A stretch of 64,000 bases of DNA from an uncultured Methanomassiliicoccales archaeon (GTDB lineage: Archaea; Thermoplasmatota; Thermoplasmata; Methanomassiliicoccales; UBA472), in contig CAVWKV010000084.1 in the NCBI GenBank assembly GCA_963755265.1, forward strand, positions 5,157 through 69,156. Direction: 5' to 3'. The translations under genes and the position numbers were made by a program. This document shows, one piece after another, positions 18,172 through 26,531 of the stretch. The notes under the pieces are model-generated. The model had not been told where the DNA came from and ran no database searches. It saw nothing but the letters and a program-made list of their open reading frames with translations. The number at the start of each line of letters is the position of its first letter. Position 1 is the stretch's first letter.

Positions 18172-19448
18172 ACGCGGGCCACCGTTCTGGGGAACGGGAC
18201 AGCGTCACGAATATGCTCCAACTTGCACACCCAACGCACAATGCGTTCGACCCCTAGGCCGAACCCTGAATGCGGCACAGAGCCGTATTTCCTAAGGTCT
18301 AGGTACCATTGATATGAATCAATCGGTACGCATTGGGACTCCAGCCGCTCCAATATCTTGGCGAGGTCCGTCTCCCTTTCTGAGCCGCCGATGATCTCCC
18401 CATATCCCTCCGGGGCCAGCAGATCGGCACATTTGTATGTACGAGGGTCCTCTGGATCCTCCTTCATGTAGAATGCCTTGCACTCCTTGGGATAGTTGGT
18501 AATGAATGTGGGTAATGTCTCATCCGCGGTGACCGCGCGCTCCTCCGGGGCCCCAAGGTCCTCGCCCCACTCAATCTTGAAGTCCTTCTGTTTTAACCTC
18601 TCGATGGTCTGGGCATAGGTAACGCGGTTGAACGGCGGGACGATCTCCTTGAGCTGCTCGATGTCCCGGCCGACCAACTTAAGCTCCTCCTTCCTCTCCT
18701 CCACGATCTTGGCGATCATCGCCGACACCAGTTCCTCCTGGATCTTCATGTTGCCGACATTGTCTGTCCATGCCTCTTCAAGCTCCAGGTGCCAATATTC
18801 GGTCAGGTGCCTGGTGGTCCTGGATTTCTCAGCCCGGAATGATGGGGTGATGGAATAGACATTCTCTAGGGAGAAGATGAGCGCTTCCAGATACATTTGT
18901 GCGCTTTGGCTCAGATATGCCTCCCGGTCGAAGTATTTCAACTTGAACAGTGTGACCCCGCCCTCGCAGGCGTTCTGAGTGAAGATTGGAGGTGTAACTT
19001 CCGTGAAACCCTGCCCATCCAGCCATTCACGAGCGCCTTTCATGGCGCTGGCTTTGATCTTCATGACCGCGTTCTGCTCCCTCGACCTGATCCACAAATG
19101 GCGGTTGTCGAGGAGCAGTTCCTCACTTTGATACTCAGTGATGGGAAAAGGTTGCGATGATCCTATCAGCTTGAACTCGGTGGCCCGTATCTCATAGCCA
19201 CTGGGGGCGCGCGTGTCCTCAGCCAGAATTCCCTTGACGATCACTGATGATTCGATGGGAGAACCGACCGCATGCACGAACTCGTCGTCCGGCAGGGCGC
19301 CTTTCTTTACCGTCACCTGGATTATCCCCGTGGAGTCCCTCACAACGGCGAAAACGATCTTACCGCTGCTCCGGGTCCTGTAAATCCATCCCCTTACGCT
19401 GGCCTCTGCCCCAACGATCGGAGAATCCAGGAGCTTCTTTATTTGCAT
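18162..19448 (-). CDS. asnS: Asparagine--tRNA ligase
   Basis: Class IIb aaRS with motif 2 FRAEKSRTTRHLTEYWHLELE (AsnRS-type) and motif 3 GFGLGVERIV, ending PFPRTVARVYP. The likely start is MQIKKLL at 19448 (the ORF opens at 19460). Confidence 0.85.
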   Translation of the reverse strand: MQIKKLLDSPIVGAEASVRGWIYRTRSSGKIVFAVVRDSTGIIQVTVKKGALPDDEFVHAVGSPIESSVIVKGILAEDTRAPSGYEIRATEFKLIGSSQPFPITEYQSEELLLDNRHLWIRSREQNAVMKIKASAMKGAREWLDGQGFTEVTPPIFTQNACEGGVTLFKLKYFDREAYLSQSAQMYLEALIFSLENVYSITPSFRAEKSRTTRHLTEYWHLELEEAWTDNVGNMKIQEELVSAMIAKIVEERKEELKLVGRDIEQLKEIVPPFNRVTYAQTIERLKQKDFKIEWGEDLGAPEERAVTADETLPTFITNYPKECKAFYMKEDPEDPRTYKCADLLAPEGYGEIIGGSERETDLAKILERLESQCVPIDSYQWYLDLRKYGSVPHSGFGLGVERIVRWVCKLEHIRDAVPFPRTVARVYP

Positions 19449-19557
19449 CGGGGAACACATGAAAAGCGCACCGAGGCTACAAATGGCACACTACTATCTT
19501 TTTATTTCGGTGGGTCTGGCCATAGATTATTAATATCTGCGGCCGGGATGGAACGTT

Positions 19558-19995
19558 ATGCACATCAGGAAGGAGGCAATGACGGACCTGGATGACCTGA
19601 TGCGTATCGAAGAGGAATCTTTTCAGGACGAGCGGTTCAGCAGGAACCTTCTCGAACTGTTCGTGAGCGAAGATGAGTTCGATGCCCTGGTTTGCGAGAT
19701 CGACGGGGCTGTGGTTGCATATGCGGCCGCCTATACAGAACCGGGCGTCCGTACTAGGGTCTTATCATTGGCCGTCGATAAGGGGCACCGAAGAGAGGGC
19801 GTCGGCCGCCGATTGATACGGGAGATCGAATCACGAGCCAAGGACATGAGATCGACCGTCATGATCCTGGAGGTCCGAGTAACAAACATTCCGGCAGTGA
19901 ATCTCTACATGGAGGAGGGATATCGCATCAAAGGCACAATAGCGGACTATTATGGCAAAGGAGAGAACGCTTTCTACATGGAGAAGAAGTTTTAG
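19558..19995 (+). CDS. rimI: GNAT N-acetyltransferase, RimI-like
   Basis: 145-aa ORF with the acetyl-CoA motif HRREGVGRRLI and RimI-like length and N-terminus. Confidence 0.7.
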   Translation: MHIRKEAMTDLDDLMRIEEESFQDERFSRNLLELFVSEDEFDALVCEIDGAVVAYAAAYTEPGVRTRVLSLAVDKGHRREGVGRRLIREIESRAKDMRSTVMILEVRVTNIPAVNLYMEEGYRIKGTIADYYGKGENAFYMEKKF

Positions 19996-20214
19996 AGAAG
20001 GAACATCTCCAGGATCCCAATAATCCATTAATACGAATCATAATAGTCGATTATTTTACGGGTTGATTTAATAATCATAATCTTTCAGAGGTTTTTATTG
20101 ACGTATCTGGGTACGTTCTCACAAATATCGTTAGGCCTCGCAAAGCATTAAGTAATAGACCTATTATTGGTGGTTGTCATCAACACTCGCAGATTGTTGG
20201 CTAGGGGTGCGTAA

Positions 20215-20382
20215 ATGGAAGAGTCACTTTGCAACGTCGAGTTCCTTAAGAACAATAATACTTACATTGCCCGTGTACAAAGCGACCTTGGTGGCCTCAG
20301 GGAGTACCAAAGTTCTAACCTAGAGGAAGTCCTCGAGCAGGTCATCATCGACCTTCAAGAGGAGTTTGAGACGTCCATCTAA
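20215..20382 (+). CDS. Small hypothetical protein (55 aa), weak HicB/UPF0150-like pattern
   Basis: ATG 20215 to TAA 20380-20382; below the ORF-track length cutoff and translated by hand (MEESLCNVEFLKNNNTYIARVQSDLGGLREYQSSNLEEVLEQVIIDLQEEFETSI). No partner toxin gene is seen. Confidence 0.3.
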   Translation: MEESLCNVEFLKNNNTYIARVQSDLGGLREYQSSNLEEVLEQVIIDLQEEFETSI

Positions 20383-20468
20383 ACGCGCCGAACCAATAAG
20401 CGGGCCACGGTCTTCTAGAAGCATATGCTTCTGGATAACTTGGGCTCCATCCGATAGGAGGGGTTCAG

Positions 20469-20810
20469 GTGCAAGAAAGGGAAGGTAACGAGATCGATTC
20501 GGTAATGTCCTCTTACTACGGTGAGGAGCAGGTTACTGCGATTATTAACCTCAAGGTTGATACGAAGGCAGCCGACACTATCGCTGAAAAGGTGTCCAAG
20601 TATGCTCTCGTCGAAGACGTCTTCCTGGTTACTGGTGATACCGACATCGTTGTCAAGACGAAATTCCACAATTACAACCAACTGAAAAGGTTCCTGGTGG
20701 ATGATATCTCGAACATCGATGGCGTGAAGGACACGAAGACTCTGATGGTGGTCACGACCTTCAAGGAAAGGGGAAAGATCATATCCGAATCGCAGGAGTC
20801 GAGCAATTAG
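20469..20810 (+). CDS. Stand-alone Lrp/AsnC ligand-binding (RAM) domain protein
   Basis: 113-aa ORF (GTG 20469; ATG alternative at 20505). AIINLKVD...VEDVFLVTGDTDIVVKTKFHNYNQLKRFLVDDISNIDGVKDTKTLMV matches a RAM domain, and no HTH is present. Confidence 0.65.
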   Translation: MQEREGNEIDSVMSSYYGEEQVTAIINLKVDTKAADTIAEKVSKYALVEDVFLVTGDTDIVVKTKFHNYNQLKRFLVDDISNIDGVKDTKTLMVVTTFKERGKIISESQESSN

Positions 20811-20848
20811 GCCCCAGTGGTGTAAGATTATTCTCAAGAGGTGTTTAC

Positions 20849-21124
20849 ATGGTAGTAGTTGATGTCAAACAAAAAATGGGTCAAATCTTGGAAGTATTGG
20901 ACCAGCTCGCCGAGGATACGTCGGTCCCGCGGAACATCAGGCGTGGAGCGACCGAGGCGAAGGCCAAATTGGAAATGAACGTCGCCTTGGATGTCCGCGT
21001 GGCAGGGGCCATCGGCAAATTGGATGATCTGGCGAACGACCCTAACATACCGATGCACGGCAGGACCATTATCTATAGGATCATCACCGAGTTGGAAAAC
21101 CTGCTTAATACCGCTCAGAAGTGA
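20849..21124 (+). CDS. UPF0147-family small helical protein (archaea-conserved)
   Basis: 91-aa ORF with LAEDTSVPRNIRRGATEAK...LANDPNIPMHGRTIIY, characteristic of UPF0147. Confidence 0.7.
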   Translation: MVVVDVKQKMGQILEVLDQLAEDTSVPRNIRRGATEAKAKLEMNVALDVRVAGAIGKLDDLANDPNIPMHGRTIIYRIITELENLLNTAQK

Positions 21125-21240
21125 GCGCCCCAATTCTAATCGAACCCGTTTAGCCCGCCTTGGGTCATCTTCCAACACATGCTGGCAATATCTTGGGCCG
21201 AAAAGGTTTAAGATATTGGGCAGGATTTGGTAGCGCACAA

Positions 21241-21312
21241 GCGGCTATAGTCTAGTGGTTAGGACTGAAGCTTCCCAAGCTTCGAACTCGGGTTCGAATC
21301 CCGGTAGCCGCA
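21241..21312 (+). tRNA. tRNA-Gly (anticodon CCC)
   Basis: Hand-folded cloverleaf: acceptor GCGGCTA/TAGCCGC plus discriminator A, D-arm GTCT/GGAC, anticodon stem GAAGC/GCTTC with loop TTCCCAA (CCC at 21274-21276), T-arm TCGGG-TTCGAAT-CCCGG. No encoded CCA and no intron. Confidence 0.9.
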
Positions 21313-21314
21313 CT
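21300..21314 (+). repeat. attL core (CCCGGTAGCCGCACT) overlapping the tRNA-Gly 3' end
   Basis: Exact 15-bp match to 29261-29275. Confidence 0.85.
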
Positions 21315-21440
21315 CTTATTTTATCCAGTCAGTTCATTTTTGAATTCAATCAGGGGTCTTTTTGCACTTTGCCGTCTGGCCTGAAAACACGTTACCAAGC
21401 TTTGAGGGAAACGCGAGAGAGCTAGAAAGGAAGTGCAACT

Positions 21441-21761
21441 ATGAGAAAGATCGAAAGGATAGGCGAGAGGAAAGTGATGCTAGACACGTCGAACGACGAA
21501 ATGCTCTATGACTCCAAGACGGCGAGGGCATATCACGGGAGCAACTCCCCGACCAGGGGGCTGGACCTCTATGTTCATGTCTGCAAGGACATGACGCAGG
21601 TGTTCTATCTGTACCATTGGACCCAATGGCAGGGCGAGCGCTCGTTCATCGAGCCGATGAGCAAGGACCGGGCCGCCGTGTTCGCGGAGGAGAACCTGGA
21701 GGACATCAAGGAGGACCGGGCGACGGAGCTAGGGCTCATCGACGCGGGGGCGGTCGAGTGA
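21441..21761 (+). CDS. Hypothetical protein (element-borne)
   Basis: 106-aa ORF, first of five co-directional genes. Its stop overlaps the next start (GTGA at 21758-21761). Confidence 0.5.
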   Translation: MRKIERIGERKVMLDTSNDEMLYDSKTARAYHGSNSPTRGLDLYVHVCKDMTQVFYLYHWTQWQGERSFIEPMSKDRAAVFAEENLEDIKEDRATELGLIDAGAVE

Positions 21762-21964
21762 GCGAGACCGTCATGAAGAGGGACGGTAAGGAGGCGAAAG
21801 GATACGAAGGACTGGACCCCCGATCGATCCGGCTTCAGTGGATATTCGGTAGTGAGCTCGACCTCTCCGAAGGAAGGAAAGAGGCGGTGAAGGCAGTCCT
21901 CGAACGATCGATGAGCGAGATCACGGAGATCCTCGGGATCGGCGGGCCGGTCCGGGAGGGCTGA
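21758..21964 (+). CDS. Hypothetical small protein (element-borne)
   Basis: The GTG start overlaps the upstream stop, giving 68 aa (VSETVMKRDGKEAKGYEGL...). The longer ORF-track version (21617) overlaps the previous gene and is less likely. Confidence 0.4.
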   Translation: MSETVMKRDGKEAKGYEGLDPRSIRLQWIFGSELDLSEGRKEAVKAVLERSMSEITEILGIGGPVREG

Positions 21965-21968
21965 GATC

Positions 21969-22451
21969 GTGGAGACGATACAGAGCGAAGGGGCGACCCC
22001 TTCCGAGCCTACAAACGGGGCGAAAAGCCCCGACTTTCACCCCATTTCCACAGTCCCGGACACGATGGTATCTCAAAAGAGAAGGTGCTCGTACATCTCC
22101 GGTACAGGTGCAGGCTGTCGGGCCTACGCGGTCAAGGATTCGACCTTCTGCTTCTATCACGATCCTAGCCCGGCGGCGATCGCCAAGAGGGAACGGGGCC
22201 TTCGGGACAAGAGCAAGAGGTCGAACACCAAGGACGGGCTCCCGGGATGGGAATCTAGGCCGCTCGACACGCTAGAGGCGGTACGGGACGCGCTCAGCGA
22301 ACTCTTTAACGCGGGAGCGAAAGGAGACATAACCGCAGCTCGACTAAGCGCCCTGAGCGCCATATCAAACTCCATATCCAAGGCCATCGAAGGGAGCGAC
22401 CTCGAAGAAAGGATAGCGGCACTCGAGGAAAAGCTGGAGGCGAAGAAATGA
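21969..22451 (+). CDS. Hypothetical protein with Cys/His cluster and helical C-terminus (element-borne)
   Basis: 160-aa ORF with a GTG start 5 nt after the previous stop. It has a CSYISGTGAGCRAY...FCFYH possible zinc site and a coiled-coil-like tail. Confidence 0.5.
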   Translation: METIQSEGATPSEPTNGAKSPDFHPISTVPDTMVSQKRRCSYISGTGAGCRAYAVKDSTFCFYHDPSPAAIAKRERGLRDKSKRSNTKDGLPGWESRPLDTLEAVRDALSELFNAGAKGDITAARLSALSAISNSISKAIEGSDLEERIAALEEKLEAKK

Positions 22452-22684
22452 CCACCAAGGAATCACGGATAGCCGCCTTGGAGCTCGCTACCGATGGAAT
22501 GGCCATCGATTCCGAAACCTTAGTCCTTCAACAGATGCCCGATGAGGAATTGGAGCGGCGGGTTCGGGAGATCCTAGCGAAGCATGACCCACCGGCAGCG
22601 GATGACATGAGCGAGGACGCGGAGATAGAACGCAGGGCCAGAAAACTCATGTCAAGGCGTGACGCTGAGAGGGCGAGACAATGA
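22448..22684 (+). CDS. Hypothetical small protein (element-borne)
   Basis: 78-aa ORF whose start overlaps the upstream stop (ATGA). Confidence 0.45.
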   Translation: MTTKESRIAALELATDGMAIDSETLVLQQMPDEELERRVREILAKHDPPAADDMSEDAEIERRARKLMSRRDAERARQ

Positions 22685-22908
22685 CCACGGAAAGGCGCAT
22701 CAAAGCACTGGAAGAGAGGATAGCATCGAACGATGAGAAATGCATCCTGGTGGACTGGGGCAGCGAGGCGATGCCAAAATGCCCGAAGGGTATCATGGTC
22801 TCGAAGGACCTTCATGAATGCGGGGTGTGCTCAGTCCCGGAAAAGAGGAGAACGGTCATTCGGATCAGGTGGATACCTGGAGCCGCTAAATGTTCGAACC
22901 GGAGATGA
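22681..22908 (+). CDS. Hypothetical small Cys-containing protein (element-borne)
   Basis: 75-aa ORF with an ATGA overlap to the upstream gene. CPKGIMV...CGVC suggests a zinc-ribbon-like motif. Confidence 0.45.
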   Translation: MTTERRIKALEERIASNDEKCILVDWGSEAMPKCPKGIMVSKDLHECGVCSVPEKRRTVIRIRWIPGAAKCSNRR

Positions 22909-23048
22909 AGGACCCCTGGAGTTCGGGCGTAATCGGACGTTCAATAACCGAGCTACTCCCCGATCGAAGGGTGGGGCGGTCCGGACGGGAGTTTTCTTTA
23001 CACCATAAAAAAGGGGCGATCTCAATCCCGGAGAAGAACCGGGACTGT

Positions 23049-23120
23049 CCTTCGTTGCCTCCACCCCCCTTTCTTGTTACCCTCTTACCCTTTTTCTTCT
23101 TTCTTTCTTCTCTCTATTCT
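23049..23120 (+). repeat. Polypyrimidine (CT-rich) tract
   Basis: 65 of 72 nt are pyrimidines on the + strand, including a 28-nt pure pyrimidine run at 23088-23115. It is followed by an AT-rich stretch and the iteron-like repeats. Confidence 0.8.
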
Positions 23121-23154
23121 ATACTGGATAATAAAAAATCGTAAAGAATCATTA

Positions 23155-23185
23155 GGGTAACAATTGGGGTAACTCATGGGGTAAC
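23155..23185 (+). repeat. Iteron-like direct repeats, 3 x (G)GGGTAAC at 11-12 bp spacing
   Basis: GGGTAAC at 23155-23161, GGGGTAAC at 23166-23173 and GGGGTAAC at 23178-23185. An inverted copy GTTACCC sits at 23076-23082 and a degenerate GGAGTTAAC follows. Confidence 0.7.
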
Positions 23186-23289
23186 TAGGCGGGGGAGTTA
23201 ACCGAGCAAGGAATCGCTCCCGTTTTTGATTCTCAATATGATCCCATTGACCAATATCGTTAATCAATAGGTCGTTCCTTTTCCCTCTA

Positions 23290-23925
23290 TTGCACGACTT
23301 GGTCGAAGTATACCTAGATGAAAGCGGAGATCTCGGGTTCTCTCCGAACAGCTCACGATACCTAGTGATCGCGGCGACTGTTACGACAAGCAAGGTGAAC
23401 TTCGACAGGATAGTGAAAAAGGGAAACGAGAAGCTAAAGATCAAGGGCAAGTCCCGTGCCGAAGTAAAATTCAACAACAGTGACGACTGGATGAGGCATT
23501 TCTACATCGATAGGTTCTGCGACACAAACTGTCATGTTCATTGGTGCTCGATCGAGAAATCCAACACGAAAGAGCACTTGATAAGGTGCAAGGATAAGCT
23601 CTACAACTACATGTGTGGTAAACTAATGGCCTCAATATTCGGCAGTTACAATACCCGCAAATTCAACATGATCGTGGACAAGAGGGCGGGCGGCCGAGCA
23701 GAGAGGAACGACTTCGACCGCTATATGAACACCATTCTAGACCATGAACACATGGGCAATTTTCTACCAGAGCTAAGACTCAGCCATTACGACTCATTTG
23801 ACAACCCTGGATTGCGAGTGCATGATTTCGTGGCCGGGTCTGTCTTCCAGCATCTGGAAAGGGAAAATGATGAATACTATGATAAACTTAAGAACAAGGT
23901 TGACTGGGGCAAGATGTTATGGTAA
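23290..23925 (+). CDS. DUF3800-family protein
   Basis: 211-aa ORF with a TTG start. The N-terminal VEVYLDESGDLGF and overall length fit DUF3800. It lies inside the integrative element. Confidence 0.6.
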   Translation: MHDLVEVYLDESGDLGFSPNSSRYLVIAATVTTSKVNFDRIVKKGNEKLKIKGKSRAEVKFNNSDDWMRHFYIDRFCDTNCHVHWCSIEKSNTKEHLIRCKDKLYNYMCGKLMASIFGSYNTRKFNMIVDKRAGGRAERNDFDRYMNTILDHEHMGNFLPELRLSHYDSFDNPGLRVHDFVAGSVFQHLERENDEYYDKLKNKVDWGKMLW

Positions 23926-24979
23926 AAATTGCAGACCCCGAATGGATTCTTGCGTTGTGTACCCTTCCGGTGCACGTCTACCATCCGGGACTTACCTGCA
24001 ATAACTAAAGGAACGACTTCGATATATTAAACCTTATGACGCTTTTCCACGGAAGATGGGGAGAAAGGCGACATTTGTGGGCCTAAACCCTTGGTGGGGG
24101 AGTTCCGGACGCGCCGACCACGCTCAAGGACTAGGCCCGGGGCGTGCTCTCTCCGCTTAGACCACACGGGAAAGAAACGCTTTTAATGTCTGGACGGGAG
24201 TTTCTGAACACCCATAAAAGGGGCGTACTCTCCCGCCCCGATCGCCGGGAAGCGTTCCCCGGTTCCACCCTTAACGCCCTTGATTTATGGAGTTAATACA
24301 GTCGCTAACGCTCGCGCACGCGAGACTAGTATTAGGGAAAGGGCGAGTTCTTTTAGTTCTTTGAGGATGCTTCGCGCGCACGATCAGATACCCCGCCCCT
24401 CTGTTCTTAAGATCTCCGTAAATTCGGCATAGAACACGGAAAACGGGACACGGCCAGCAGTTCTATAGAAATTCAACAAATTTAACGTAAAACGCGGGTT
24501 TCGAGATAAGGCCAGCAGTTGGCGGGATGTTGGAACGTGTTGAATTGACGCCGCTCCCAATCGCCGGGAATGGGGCGAATAAATAGAGTTCTTAGAGTCG
24601 GGCCAGACACAAGGCGAAAGTCCAACATTTAACGGATGTGCTCAACCTGACCAAACCGCACCATCCCGAATTCAAACCATACGCTCGTTTTCCGTGTGGG
24701 GTGTAGTTTAAAAGCATACCAAACCGTACAATTCATGTACACCGTAAAAAGAGATCTCTCGGGCCGGATCTTGGACGGATCCGGGCGAGTTCCGTTCTGC
24801 TTCGCTTCGAAGGAACGTTCATAAGCCCGCTGGACCGGGCCGGTACACGTTGAGCGCTTCGGTTCCTTCGCTTCGGATCCGGGAATGATTCGGTTTGTTC
24901 AAGGCGTCCCGGCGCTGCTCCGGAAGATAGCCAACACCGTCGAGAGCCAGTACCAGGGCAGCCCGTGGGGGTGAGCGTT

Positions 24980-25363
24980 TTAAGGATATTTGTTGCCCTG
25001 CTGCACCGGCTGATTCGGAGAACCGAGCGGAGTACCACAGTTCTTGCACACGGCGGCACCGGCCATGTTGACCATCCCGCACTTGCTGCAAAAGACCTGC
25101 GGAACTGATTGAGCCGGAGCTGATTGAGGCGGCACATATTGGGGGTTCGCGGAAGCCACTCCCGGCATCGGCGCTATGATCGGGGCCGTCATCATTCCCT
25201 CGGGCGTGTGGCAGATCGGGCACCGGCGCGGCCACTTCCAGGCCAGATAGATTAATCCTGGGATCAATCCTAAGATCAGCAGGACTATCAGGACAACCGT
25301 GTGCCAGCTATGCTCAGTGTTGACGTTGCGCCCACAACTCGGGCAATATTTCATGTCGGACAT
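24980..25363 (-). CDS. Membrane-anchored double zinc-ribbon protein
   Basis: 127-aa ORF with CPSCG...(TM VVLIVLLILGLIPGLIYLAW)...CPIC, then a Pro/Gln-rich linker and CSKCG...CKNCG. Confidence 0.55.
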   Translation of the reverse strand: MSDMKYCPSCGRNVNTEHSWHTVVLIVLLILGLIPGLIYLAWKWPRRCPICHTPEGMMTAPIIAPMPGVASANPQYVPPQSAPAQSVPQVFCSKCGMVNMAGAAVCKNCGTPLGSPNQPVQQGNKYP

Positions 25364-25629
25364 GAGTAAACTTCCCTAGTGCATGCAGGAAGATATTTGA
25401 TATTTATAAAAATCTCAACCAGTTATAGAACACGATAAGTGCGCGGCCGTCGAACGTGCCCGTACGATCTAGGAGGATGTATGGTCCAATGCGACGGCCG
25501 CGCATCACATCCATTCTATGCATGAAATAAGTAAGTTTCGGGAGATCTTCAGAATCGATAAGCACTTTCGCCCACTTCCCCCCGCAATCAGCATTAATAC
25601 CGACGGGCTAGAATCGCGGGAGGGAAACA

Positions 25630-25974
25630 ATGGAAAGGTTCGAGTTGGAATATAAAGTACCGTCCTGGGCTACGGTGGAGCAGGTATTAAAGGTCAAAGA
25701 GATCATGGAAAAGGCGAATGAGGACGCGGCCAGCAATGTTCTGGCGATAAGGGCTCAATTCCCGAAATCAAGTCTAGCCGATCTATACGATCCAAGGACC
25801 ATGCCTCAAGAGCTCGTTAAGGCCCATAATCGCCTAGACTCCGAGGTCGAGAAGGCATTCGGTCGGCGGTTCAGCTCCGATGCCGATCGGGTTGCATACC
25901 TGTTTGAGAGATACTTAGAATATGAAAATAAGAAGGGGAAAATGGCGAGTCAGAAAGGCATCGAGAAGACATGA
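25630..25974 (+). pseudogene. C-terminal fragment of an MmeI-like Type IIL restriction-modification enzyme
   Basis: The 114-aa ORF has SLADLYDPRTMPQELVKAHNRLDSEVEKAFGRRFSSDADRVAYLFERY, matching the conserved MmeI-family C-terminal domain. The ~900 aa that normally precede this domain are absent. Confidence 0.6.
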
Positions 25975-26531
25975 TTTTACTCCCCCCCAGATTTCCGGTC
26001 GAGTTATCATCTCCAAAAGAATGAGTAGAATTTGTTGATAAGTTAATCCGTCCAGTCTCAGAAATTTGGTCTACAATGAATAAACGGGCTCCATCACCTA
26101 TCCGGGCGACCCGTTTCCGGTGAACGGACTGGTAGGAAAAAGCCTTTTAACCACGCCCGTATTCTATTTTACAATATAAGACGCCAGAAATCAAAAGACC
26201 GGGTAGGACAGGGCGCTTGCGACGCCCCATCCCGGTCTACACCCCGACAAAGAGGTAAGACTACGACAACAAATAACCTGAGAATAGATAATCATATCGC
26301 CCAACTGCAAACGAGCGGCGCGATAATCGTCCGTGGGCCGTATGCGGACGTTGCTAGTGTTTTGAATGAGGTTGAGAACAGGCTCCCATCAGGTTGCAGA
26401 GTTGCATATGTCCACTATTCTCCCTTCCGCCTCAAGATCGTGGTAGAAGGTGATTCCAAATGATCTATTCCGAGATCCATGGAAGACAAGTTATCGAGGA
26501 TCGAATGAGGCGAGGTATCTGAGGCGGTCCC

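Noticed and set aside
24733-25235. Minus-strand ORFs of 134 and 138 aa in the element's ORF-poor region, plus local CTTCGCTTCG / GGATCCGGG repeats at 24778-24882.
   Set aside because: The translations are Arg/Ser/Pro-rich and overlap each other and the real zinc-ribbon gene (24980-25363). The short repeats are low-complexity and not organised as an array.
26080-26463. A 127-codon open frame inside the element ending …AIIVRGPYADVASVLNEVENRLPSGCRVAYVHYSPFRLKIVVEGDSK*, whose C-terminal half looks protein-like.
   Set aside because: There is no in-frame ATG/GTG/TTG until 33 codons before the stop, and the N-terminal half is basic and low-complexity. It may be a decayed gene or use a non-canonical start, but I cannot support a CDS call. 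A 41-nt hairpin (GACCGGG…CCCGGTC, 26197-26237) lies within it.
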